64,000 bases of DNA from Nitrospirota bacterium (GTDB lineage: Bacteria; Nitrospirota; UBA9217). The notes beneath the pieces are model-generated. The model made no database searches and had not been told where the DNA came from. It saw nothing but the letters and a program-made list of their open reading frames with translations. The translations under genes were made by a program, and so were the position numbers. The DNA lies in NCBI GenBank assembly GCA_963754875.1, contig CAVWHO010000010.1, forward strand, positions 128,001-192,000, in the 5' to 3' direction. This document shows, one piece after another, positions 11,818-20,263 of the stretch (its first letter is position 1; each line of letters starts with the position of its first letter).

Positions 11818-12596
11818 TTAATTGGTTTTCGGCTGTGCAGGTTGAATCGGGATCGCCTTAGGCTGCGTTCGGCGCGGCAGCCGGTGCCGTCGTTGAGGCT
11901 TTCGTTGACGGAGCAGTGATCTTGTTTCGATGCAACCAAGGGGCCATAAGCGGATTTTCAATTATGATTATGGTCTTGTGGGTTTTGATTTTAAAGCCGA
12001 TCTCCGGTTGCTTCGAAGAGTATGCCGCGGCTATCAAGGAATCCTGATCAACACCGGTTTTTTTCGAGATCCCTGATGAGCGCCGCTGACCGCTCTGCCG
12101 CCAGCGTTCTCGCGTCTTTTGCCGGTAGTTTTCTTTCGTCCTTTGCCTCTGGCCGGAACAGCCTCCGTCGTGTTCCCGAAGTAGACGTTCTTGCCCGTTA
12201 ATTCTTTTTTCTAAGGAGCGCAACGAGTTTGGCACGAAGGGAGGGGCTTTCTTTCGAGAAAGTATAGGAACCGGGCAAATACAGCGCATCCTCAGCAATG
12301 TTTACGATAACGCGGTTGCCGGACGTGAGAACCTCTGCTTTACCGGTTTTGATCTCGTCGCTCAGGGTCGAGCTCAGGACATCGATTGCCGGGTTCAGCC
12401 ATGCCGTCTCTTTTTGCTCCTGTTCCTTGATTTTTTTCAGCTCTGCCCTTGCCTTGTCGAGTTCGGGTAAGCCTGCTTTCATCCGGACGTAATCCTCCGC
12501 CATCGGTTTATACGATGTAACATAAAATGCGGCTGCAGCGCCGAGCCCTAAGACAAGAAGGACAATCACAACATAGGTAACGATCTTCATGAGCAT
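11818..12596 (-). CDS. Single-TM membrane protein with a degenerate OmpA/MotB-like domain (several frameshifts, 3' end approximate)
   Basis: AGGAGG RBS near 12605-12611, N-terminal TM, coiled coil and VIVNIAEDALYLPGS. It continues in other frames (GVDQDSLIAAAY, then a P/A/Q-rich tail). Confidence 0.6.
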
Positions 12597-12627
12597 GATA
12601 GGGAAACCTCCTGATGAGAGAGTTGAA

Positions 12628-12731
12628 TCCCGCGACTTGCATTACCCCCGGCTCCTGCCGGGAGTAATGCGTCGTAAACCGCGGGAGGTCGCGTTATTAG
12701 AGGGGACCTCCGGCTCCTGCCGGGGGGCTCC
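12628..12731. repeat. Twin GC-rich hairpins with an identical 15-nt core CCGGCTCCTGCCGGG
   Basis: Copies at 12648-12662 and 12710-12724. The first is nested in longer inverted repeats (GCATTAC/GTAATGC and TCCCGCG/CGCGGGA). Confidence 0.75.
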
Positions 12732-12754
12732 ACTGAATTTATTACTCATTGCGG

Positions 12755-13948
12755 TCACTGAAGCATATTGACTGTCTTTTCAATTCGATCCAGTCCTTGT
12801 TCGATGATTTCCGCAGAGGTAGCATAGGAAAGCCGTATGTAGGCATCTGCGCCAAAGGCATCGCCTGAAACGAGCGCTACCTTTGCTTCGTCAAGCAGGA
12901 GCGCAGCGAAATCAGCCGAGTTCCTGATGATCTTTCCATGCATGCTCTTGCCGAAGAGCGCTGATACGCGTGGGAAAGCGTAAAAGGCGCCGACAGGCAT
13001 GAGACATGACACGCCGGTGATCTTATTCAGCCGATCGACCATGTATGTTCGTCTTTTAGCGAATTCAACATTCATAGCCCGGACAGAATCCTGCGGTCCG
13101 CGGAGCGCTTCGACAGCGGCCTTCTGAGAAATGGACGATGGATTAGAAGTGCTCTGGCTCTGGATGTTCGCCATGGCAGTTATCACGTCTTTCGGGCCTG
13201 CAGCATAACCGATGCGCCAGCCGGTCATGGCATGCGATTTGGACACTCCGTTCACGACGATTGTCAGGTCTTTGATCTCCTGTCCGAGCGATGCAATGCT
13301 GGTATGCTTGAAACCGTCATAAATGAGCTTTTCATAGATTTCGTCGGAGATCACGTAGATATTTTGCTCAACGGCCAACGCGGCAATGTCCTCGAGGGCC
13401 TTCTTGTCATATGCCAAACCCGTGGGGTTTGAAGGACTGTTCAAAATCAGCGCCTTGGTTTTATTCGTGATGGCCTTTCCGAGTTTCTTCGCCGAAATCT
13501 TAAAACCCTCTCCTTCAGTCGTCTCTACGATTATCGGTGTAGCATCGTTCAACAGCACCTGGTCAGGATAGGATACCCAGTACGGAGAGGGGATAACGAC
13601 TTCATCTCCGGGATCGAACAACGCCTCCGCAATATTATAGAGGCTATGCTTGGCACCGCACGAAACAAGGATTTGAGCTTTTTCGTACTGCAGCCCGTTG
13701 TCTTTTTTAAATTTATCAATGATCGCTTCTTTGAGCTCGTCAGTACCGCCGGCTGGAGTATATTTTGTGAAGCCCGACTGAATTGCTTTAATGCCTGCCT
13801 GTTTAACATTTTCCGGCGTGTCGAAGTCCGGTTCTCCTACGCCAAAATCTACTACGTCGATTCCCTGGGCTTTCATTGCCTTTGCTTTTGCCGCCATTGC
13901 CAGAGTCGGGGAGGGTTGGATGGCCTGCGCCCTTTTTGCAATTCCCAT
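12755..13948 (-). CDS. aspC: Aspartate aminotransferase (class I/II, PLP-dependent)
   Basis: 397 aa. GEPDFDTP, NSPSNPTG, SDEIYE and SKSHAMTGWRIG (PLP lysine). Confidence 0.92.
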   Translation of the reverse strand: MGIAKRAQAIQPSPTLAMAAKAKAMKAQGIDVVDFGVGEPDFDTPENVKQAGIKAIQSGFTKYTPAGGTDELKEAIIDKFKKDNGLQYEKAQILVSCGAKHSLYNIAEALFDPGDEVVIPSPYWVSYPDQVLLNDATPIIVETTEGEGFKISAKKLGKAITNKTKALILNSPSNPTGLAYDKKALEDIAALAVEQNIYVISDEIYEKLIYDGFKHTSIASLGQEIKDLTIVVNGVSKSHAMTGWRIGYAAGPKDVITAMANIQSQSTSNPSSISQKAAVEALRGPQDSVRAMNVEFAKRRTYMVDRLNKITGVSCLMPVGAFYAFPRVSALFGKSMHGKIIRNSADFAALLLDEAKVALVSGDAFGADAYIRLSYATSAEIIEQGLDRIEKTVNMLQ

Positions 13949-14001
13949 GCTGTCGCACTACCCTTTCTTTCAACAATAATTGGTGTGTAGCCATTCAAGT
14001 T

Positions 14002-14030
14002 TTTTTAGCATAGAAGCAACGTAAAGTCAA
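14002..14030 (-). promoter_or_regulatory. Putative sigma70 promoter of aspC
   Basis: Minus strand TTGACT-N17-TAAAAA with extended TG. Confidence 0.5.
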
Positions 14031-14118
14031 TGAGTTTCTTGGGAAACAACTCATAGGATTTCCGCTACAGACGACATCCCCTGTGCTCTTCTTTGTTTGC
14101 CCTGCTGTCGTTCCGAGG

Positions 14119-14147
14119 TTGCAAATGAGAGTGAAGTATGATAGTAT
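14119..14147 (+). promoter_or_regulatory. Putative sigma70 promoter of the holin-like/cbiMQO operon
   Basis: TTGCAA-N17-TAGTAT with extended TG, followed by a GAGGAGG RBS. Confidence 0.55.
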
Positions 14148-14168
14148 TTTTTCATTTGAGGAGGCTTC

Positions 14169-14570
14169 ATGTTCGGATTTTTCCTGCGCTGGTCCATCAA
14201 TTTGCTGGCGCTTGTCATTGCCGGTTCAATGATACCAGGGATCAGGATACAGAGTCTACAAATGGGCATCATTGCCGCCGGCATCCTCGGCATCGTAAAT
14301 GCCGTGATCAGGCCGGTGGTACTCATTCTAACCTTGCCGATCAATCTCCTGACACTTGGCTTGTTCACCCTGGTCATTAACGCTGCACTGCTGAAACTCG
14401 TGTCCGACCTTGTTCCCGGCTTCGTCATTAATTCGTTCAGTGCTGCCTTCTTCGGCGCGTTGCTGGTCAGTGTTATCAGCTGGATCGTGAACGTGTTTGT
14501 CAGCGGCGACGGCACGTTTATCTTCATCAAGAGGGCAAACAAAGGTAGCGGTCGCGGACCTCGCAGATAA
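14169..14570 (+). CDS. 4-TM phage-holin-like membrane protein (YvlD/DUF360 type)
   Basis: LGIVNAVIRPVVLILTLPINLLTLGLFTLVINA signature and a strong RBS. Confidence 0.88.
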   Translation: MFGFFLRWSINLLALVIAGSMIPGIRIQSLQMGIIAAGILGIVNAVIRPVVLILTLPINLLTLGLFTLVINAALLKLVSDLVPGFVINSFSAAFFGALLVSVISWIVNVFVSGDGTFIFIKRANKGSGRGPRR

Positions 14571-14620
14571 TTTTTCATTCGAACGAGCATTTTTAGGGTT
14601 GAACATCGGGAAATATCGCC

Positions 14621-15319
14621 ATGACTCACATGCACATACCGGACGGTGTTCTGCCCGTCTGGATCTGGGTTCTGGGTTTCATCATCATGTCGCTTATCAT
14701 GGGTGTCAGCCTTTTTCGGCTCCGGACCATGGACATGAAGAAAAAAATACCATTACTCGGCGCCCTATCTGCCACCATGCTTGTGGGTATGAGCCTTCCC
14801 ACGGAATTGATTCTCCCCGGATACCACATTAACTTATCGGTCGTAACCGGCATCCTGATCGGGCCAGCCCTGGGATTCGTTGCGGCGTTCATCGCAAACT
14901 TGATATTAGCCCTTATGGGCCACGGAGGCATTACCGTCATCGGCCTCAATACTTTGCTTCTCGGATCGGAGGCCGTTCTGGGGCATACCCTGTTTTACCT
15001 TCTCAAGCGGCTCCCCGTATTTTGGCGGGCCGCTCTCGCGACGGTAATAACCTTGCTCATAACGACTTTGATTCTCATCGGTTTTGTTGCTCTATCGCAC
15101 CTCAATCCTGAGTTTCTTCGCCACGGAGAGGATCATGGCCATGAGCTGCAAGTCGACGGGTCGATCGTGACTTTTGCCGTGATTGTACTGACAATCGGTG
15201 TGATTGGATGGATCATTGAAGCGGCCATTACCGGTGCGGTGATCACCTTTGTTTCTCAAGTCAAACCCGACTTGCTCCGGCATATGCTGCATGCGAAGAA
15301 GGACATGAGCGAAAGATGA
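14621..15319 (+). CDS. cbiM: ECF Co/Ni transporter substrate component CbiM/NikM
   Basis: N-terminal MHIPDG, second His (GYHINL), HGGITVIGLN, multiple TMs and IEAAITG. Confidence 0.88.
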   Translation: MTHMHIPDGVLPVWIWVLGFIIMSLIMGVSLFRLRTMDMKKKIPLLGALSATMLVGMSLPTELILPGYHINLSVVTGILIGPALGFVAAFIANLILALMGHGGITVIGLNTLLLGSEAVLGHTLFYLLKRLPVFWRAALATVITLLITTLILIGFVALSHLNPEFLRHGEDHGHELQVDGSIVTFAVIVLTIGVIGWIIEAAITGAVITFVSQVKPDLLRHMLHAKKDMSER

Positions 15320-15329
15320 GGGAACGGCC

Positions 15330-16034
15330 GTGATCGGTGTTGCAAGAATTGACCACTGGGCGGCCAGCGGCACCGGCCATCTTCACCGGTCATCCCCGAC
15401 GGCCAAAGTTATTTTTTTGCTGCTGGTGGTTACGGCGGCCGTCATGTCGAAAAACCCCTATCCCCTCATCGCGGGTTATGGTACGCTGCTCGTCGTTGCC
15501 GCTTTATCCGGGCTCCCTTGGTCCAGGGTTATGGTTCTCTCCTGGTACGCGGCGCTGTTTGCCCTGCTGTATAGCCTCAGTATTCGCGGTGGAATGTGGC
15601 TCCGTGCACTTTATATTATGAAGGCCATTACACCTTCCTGCGCCATGCTGATGCTCATTGTGAGCACTCCCTATCCGAAAATATTTTCTTTGCTCAGCTC
15701 GGCGCTCCCTGAGATAATCGCAGCCGGTCTGTTCATGACGTATCGGACGCTCTTTATCCTTCTCGATATGATGGATAGTTTTGCGATGGCCATTCGGCTC
15801 CGCGGCGGTTTTTCGCCGGGAAGCCTGTATAAGAACGGAGCTAGTATATCGAAAGGCATAGCGATGCTGCTCGTTCGTGCAGTGGAGCGGGCATCGCGCA
15901 TCTATTCGGTTATGGTGGTAAGGGGATACAGCGGCAGTATGGCGGAAAAGAGCGCCATCCGGCTTCAACGCGAAGACTGGCTCCCGCTAGCCACTGGCAC
16001 AGGAGTGCTTCTGTTTGTAATTCTCTGGAAATGA
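15330..16034 (+). CDS. cbiQ: ECF transporter T component CbiQ
   Basis: LHRSSPTAKV, TYRTLFILL, AIRLRG and ERASRIYSVMVVRGY. It lies between cbiM and an ATPase. Confidence 0.85.
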   Translation: MIGVARIDHWAASGTGHLHRSSPTAKVIFLLLVVTAAVMSKNPYPLIAGYGTLLVVAALSGLPWSRVMVLSWYAALFALLYSLSIRGGMWLRALYIMKAITPSCAMLMLIVSTPYPKIFSLLSSALPEIIAAGLFMTYRTLFILLDMMDSFAMAIRLRGGFSPGSLYKNGASISKGIAMLLVRAVERASRIYSVMVVRGYSGSMAEKSAIRLQREDWLPLATGTGVLLFVILWK

Positions 16035-16071
16035 GCAGACTTCGAATGATTGATAGAGTAAGTCAGAAATA

Positions 16072-16938
16072 ATGATAAACAGAAATGTCATACTGCAGAA
16101 AAATGCTGAGGATATCATTGTCAGCGTGAGTTGTCTAAAACATGTGTACCCGGACACAACCGAGATCCATATGTGCGGTCTCGATTTCGTGGTCAGCAGG
16201 GGAGAGCGCGTTGTGGTTCTCGGTGGCAACGGTTCGGGAAAAACAACTTTGCTTTTCCATATTCTCGGTTTGCTCAAACCGGATGAGGGCAATGTCAACG
16301 TGTTCGGAGTCAACCCGGCGGAACAGTACAACGCTATTCGTGAGCGTATCGGCGTACTCCTCCAGAATGTTGACGACCAGATCCTTTCCCCAACAGTCTG
16401 GGACGATATTTCCTTTTCTCCGCGTAATTACGGATATGAAAAAGACGAGACGTCCAGGATGGTCGAACAAATCCTCTCCGAACTGGGCATACAGCATTTA
16501 CGCGATAAGATTTGCCACTACCTCTCGGGCGGGGAGAAAAGAAAAGTGGCCCTTGCGGGCGCTCTCGTCATGCGTCCCAAATTGCTGATTCTGGACGAAC
16601 CGTTCGAGGGGCTCGACAACCGCTCTCGCACCGAACTCGTTTCACTTCTCAATGCATACAATCAGGCAGGTATGACTATCATCATGTCCACCCATGACCT
16701 GAACCTTGTAGCGTCATTTGCGGACCGCGTATACGTACTTGCCCGCGGGCGCGGTGTAATTACCGCAGGCACGCCGTCGTCCATCTTTCTGCAGGCAGAT
16801 GCGCTGAGAGCGACGAACATAGACCCGCCGCTTCTCACGGAACTGTTCCTCAAACTAAGAGAGCGGGGCGTTTCCATCGAAATCCCGGTGCGCATTGACC
16901 AGGCAGTGGACGATCTGGTCCGAATAATCAATAAGTGA
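16072..16938 (+). CDS. cbiO: ECF transporter ATPase CbiO
   Basis: GGNGSGKTT, QNVDDQI, LSGGEKRK, LDEP and STHD. Confidence 0.9.
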   Translation: MINRNVILQKNAEDIIVSVSCLKHVYPDTTEIHMCGLDFVVSRGERVVVLGGNGSGKTTLLFHILGLLKPDEGNVNVFGVNPAEQYNAIRERIGVLLQNVDDQILSPTVWDDISFSPRNYGYEKDETSRMVEQILSELGIQHLRDKICHYLSGGEKRKVALAGALVMRPKLLILDEPFEGLDNRSRTELVSLLNAYNQAGMTIIMSTHDLNLVASFADRVYVLARGRGVITAGTPSSIFLQADALRATNIDPPLLTELFLKLRERGVSIEIPVRIDQAVDDLVRIINK

Positions 16939-16983
16939 TAAACCGGCTTTTAAAAGCTGATACGACGAACGGAGGGAAAAAGC

Positions 16984-18237
16984 ATGCCGCAGAGTGGTAT
17001 TGAGCAGAGAAAGGGAACGCTGATTCTCCTGATTGCAATCCTGATGGTCATGGCCGTTCTCATCGGCGGGGCCGCCGGTTATTTTACAGCGCGCAGTGAT
17101 CAACGAGGGTTTCTGTTGTCTCTTTGCTTAATGCCGCTTATCCCGCTCCTGTCGTACGTTTTGTATAAAAAAACGATTTTCCCTTACTATCGTCAACAGG
17201 AAGACACAAACCTTGAACTCCGCATCAAGCAGGAAGAACTGCTGGACACGAAGGACGACTTATTTATAAAGTTTCTCGGCATCTATGACGTCAATTATGC
17301 CGCAAATTCACCGCGTCTATTCGCAGACCGGCTTGCGGATGTCGCCGATATTACCGCCCGGGTCATGGAAGCGGAAGCGTGTTTTATCTTTCTCTATGAG
17401 AAAAAAAAGGACGACTTAACGCTTACGGCAACCAATGGGGTACAGGTCGGCACGATCGGGAAGGTCCGCATCCCGCTCGGTGAAAGCATCGAGGGATGGG
17501 TCGGCAGAAAGCTCGACCCGCTTATGCTGAAGGATTTTCATGCGGACTCCCGGTTCCGGGAAGTTCCCGGCTTCGCCCTCGGCGAGTATGTGTCGGTCTA
17601 CAGTTTGCCGCTCTATGTGTATTCGAACGGCGCACTGGTCGGCCTCATGGAAGTATTTTACCGCAAGACCAAAAATTTTTCAGATGAAGAAATCAATTTT
17701 TTTACGACACTCTCGGGCATACTTTCTACAACCGTGCAAAATGAACTGATGCAGGCGGAACTGCGGAAGATGAACATTGAACTCGAACAGTGGGTCGCCG
17801 AAAAAACCGAGGAATTCCGGGCTTCGGAGGAACGCTATCGGACCCTCGTGGAGAATGCTTGCGAATCGATTTTCCTGCTTGCCGAGAATGGAGATGTCAT
17901 TTTTGCGAACGAGCAGGCCGCCCATCTGTCGGGTCATGCCAAATACGACCTTCTGCATAAAAATTTGTTCGAGCTTTTTATAGATCCCGCGCTCTCCGGA
18001 GAAATTCTCCGCGAGGTGATGCAGGGGCGCCAAGCCTCGAGGCAGGGCGATTTTCGGAAAGCCGACGGCTCCCTGGTTCCTGTGGCACTCAGTGCTGTGG
18101 GACTTTCTCTCATGGGAAAAAGATTTATCCAGTCGGTTGTTCGTGACATATCCTCCGAGGTCAGGCTCGAAAAACTCCTGCTGGAGAAAGACCGGGAAAT
18201 AGCTGCTCTCAAGACGAAACTCGGTAAGATGAAATAA
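16984..18237 (+). CDS. Membrane-anchored GAF + PAS sensor protein with no output domain
   Basis: Two N-terminal TMs, GAF (IPLGESIEGWV...DFHADSRF), SEERYRTLVENA linker, PAS/PAC (RKADGSLVPV...VVRDIS) and a short coiled-coil tail. Confidence 0.8.
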   Translation: MPQSGIEQRKGTLILLIAILMVMAVLIGGAAGYFTARSDQRGFLLSLCLMPLIPLLSYVLYKKTIFPYYRQQEDTNLELRIKQEELLDTKDDLFIKFLGIYDVNYAANSPRLFADRLADVADITARVMEAEACFIFLYEKKKDDLTLTATNGVQVGTIGKVRIPLGESIEGWVGRKLDPLMLKDFHADSRFREVPGFALGEYVSVYSLPLYVYSNGALVGLMEVFYRKTKNFSDEEINFFTTLSGILSTTVQNELMQAELRKMNIELEQWVAEKTEEFRASEERYRTLVENACESIFLLAENGDVIFANEQAAHLSGHAKYDLLHKNLFELFIDPALSGEILREVMQGRQASRQGDFRKADGSLVPVALSAVGLSLMGKRFIQSVVRDISSEVRLEKLLLEKDREIAALKTKLGKMK

Positions 18238-18264
18238 ACAGCTTCCGTCTTCTCTATTTTGGCC

Positions 18265-18293
18265 TTTACAGGCATAGGGTCGTGTGGTATAAA
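18265..18293 (+). promoter_or_regulatory. Putative sigma70 promoter of lptCAB
   Basis: TTTACA-N17-TATAAA with extended TG. Confidence 0.6.
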
Positions 18294-18336
18294 TTATGCA
18301 TAGAGATGCCCCGTTGGTTACCATTCCCTAATTTTT

Positions 18337-18903
18337 ATGAAGGTCATACAGTTATTCAAGACCCTTGCACTATTCCTTATCCTAGCTGCGGTACTATTCG
18401 GTGGATACCTTCTTTTCCGGGGTGGGGATATTACTGCACCATCTTTTTTGCAGCCTGCTGCCGGGGTCAGGTTATTGTTGAGCATGGATGGGTTTCAGTT
18501 CTCGCAATCTACTAATGGAAAAACAGCGTGGCGAATGGTTGCCAGAAATGCCGATCTCTTTGAAAATAAGGAAGTGCAGTTAAAAGATTTAGAAATCACC
18601 TTCAACAGTCCTGATGGCAGCAGACAGGGGAAACTCCTTGGTGAAACGGGCACCATGGATACCGTGACCGGGAATGCATCTGTGCGTCGTGGAGCGAAAG
18701 AAGTCAGAATCGTTACGAGCGACGGTTATCTGTTGATGACGAACTCGCTTTTCTGGAAGGCTGGTGATCGACTTGTCTGGACTCCTGAACCATTCAAGTT
18801 GCTTGGCAGCGAGATTTATCTTGAGGGAGTGGGACTTTCTGCGTATGCGGATATGCGTTCACTTGTGGTGAAGAATCATGTCAAGGCAGTGCTGCAAGAA
18901 TAG
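18337..18903 (+). CDS. lptC: LPS export protein LptC
   Basis: Single N-terminal TM, beta-jellyroll-like sequence and position before lptA/lptB. Confidence 0.8.
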   Translation: MKVIQLFKTLALFLILAAVLFGGYLLFRGGDITAPSFLQPAAGVRLLLSMDGFQFSQSTNGKTAWRMVARNADLFENKEVQLKDLEITFNSPDGSRQGKLLGETGTMDTVTGNASVRRGAKEVRIVTSDGYLLMTNSLFWKAGDRLVWTPEPFKLLGSEIYLEGVGLSAYADMRSLVVKNHVKAVLQE

Positions 18904-19390
18904 TTGGTTTATTATCCCGATAGCGGTCAGTTTTCTCATAAGTGTTGCTGATGCCGCTCCGCAGCCCGACACAAGTACGCGCGAACCGATCGTGATTACA
19001 TCAGGACACATGGAAGCCCAGAAGCTCGGCGATAAAGTCACCTTTACAGGCGACGTGACACTGAAGAAAGAGAATATGACCCTTTCGTCGGACTCGATGA
19101 TCGTATTTTATGATGCCGGGACAAAAGACGTAAGACAAATCGACGCGCACGGCAACGTGGTGGTGCATAAAGATAGCCGGGTAGCTTTTTCGAACGATGC
19201 CTCCTACTACAGCCGCGATGAGAAAATCGTTCTTACCGGAGATGCGCGAATCATAGAAAATGAGAACCGACTGGGCGGGAAAAAAATAACAATCTTTATG
19301 CGGGATGACCGTAGTTTGGTTGAGGGCGGCAAGGTTTTGCTCTATCAGGACAAGCTGGATCAATCGCGCGAAGGCGGGAAGAACAAGTGA
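18878..19390 (+). CDS. lptA: LPS transport periplasmic protein LptA
   Basis: Signal peptide and OstA-like motifs (PIVITS, FTGDV, AHGNVVV, IVLTGDA). Confidence 0.88.
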   Translation: MSRQCCKNSWFIIPIAVSFLISVADAAPQPDTSTREPIVITSGHMEAQKLGDKVTFTGDVTLKKENMTLSSDSMIVFYDAGTKDVRQIDAHGNVVVHKDSRVAFSNDASYYSRDEKIVLTGDARIIENENRLGGKKITIFMRDDRSLVEGGKVLLYQDKLDQSREGGKNK

Positions 19391-20127
19391 TCTCGAAGGG
19401 TTCCCTGCAGGCACTTGAAGCGAAAAAACTTGAAAAAAGTTACCGTGGCAGAAAAATTGTTCGTGGTATCAGCTTGCAGGTGAACCAGGGAGAAGTAGTC
19501 GGTCTCCTCGGCCCGAACGGTGCCGGAAAAACGACAACTTTTTACATGGTGGTCGGCCTTGTCAGGCCAGACCAAGGCAGGGTACTCCTCAGCGGGACGG
19601 ATATCACGAAGATGCCGATGTATCAACGGGCGCGAAACGGCATCGGATATTTGCCCCAGGAACCCTCGGTATTTCGCAGGCTGACGGTGGCGGAAAATCT
19701 GATGGCCATTCTTGAGACGATGGATCTTGCAGCCGTCCAGCGAAAGGAACGACGTGATCAACTAATGGAGGAATTGGGAATCGCCCATCTGGCTGACAGT
19801 AAATCCTATACGCTGTCGGGAGGAGAGCGCCGTCGCGTGGAGATCGCCCGTGCGCTCACCCTATCCCCGAAATTCATTCTGCTTGATGAACCCTTTGCAG
19901 GGATTGACCCGTTGGCAGTGCAGGATATCCAGGGAATTATTTCTCTTTTAAAGGAGAAGATGATTGGGATCCTTATTACCGACCACAATGTAAGGGAAAC
20001 TCTTGCGATAACCGACCGAGCCTACATCATCAGTGATGGAAAAATCATCGAGGCTGGGACAGCAGCTGAAATTACTGCAAGCCAGCGCGTTAGACAGTTT
20101 TATTTGGGTGAAGCTTTTCGGCTCTAA
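19387..20127 (+). CDS. lptB: LPS export ABC ATPase LptB
   Basis: [48 protein letters not shown] and TDHNVRETL. Confidence 0.97.
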   Translation: MISKGSLQALEAKKLEKSYRGRKIVRGISLQVNQGEVVGLLGPNGAGKTTTFYMVVGLVRPDQGRVLLSGTDITKMPMYQRARNGIGYLPQEPSVFRRLTVAENLMAILETMDLAAVQRKERRDQLMEELGIAHLADSKSYTLSGGERRRVEIARALTLSPKFILLDEPFAGIDPLAVQDIQGIISLLKEKMIGILITDHNVRETLAITDRAYIISDGKIIEAGTAAEITASQRVRQFYLGEAFRL

Positions 20128-20263
20128 TTTAAAGGAGAGAAATGAGGTCGTAATTCGGAGAGACGGAGGCAGAGGAAAAAACTTGTCGCATGTTATTTTT
20201 CTCTCAAACAAGTCTCTGTCGGCGATTTTTTACTTAAGTGACCGTCATCCGGATTAAGCCTAT

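Noticed and set aside
12611..12640. CTGATGA as a hammerhead ribozyme core (also near 58473)
   Set aside because: No stem II followed by GAAA. The 12605-12611 segment is the minus-strand RBS.
14169..14570. Holin as evidence of a prophage
   Set aside because: No endolysin, integrase or structural phage genes. This family is commonly chromosomal.
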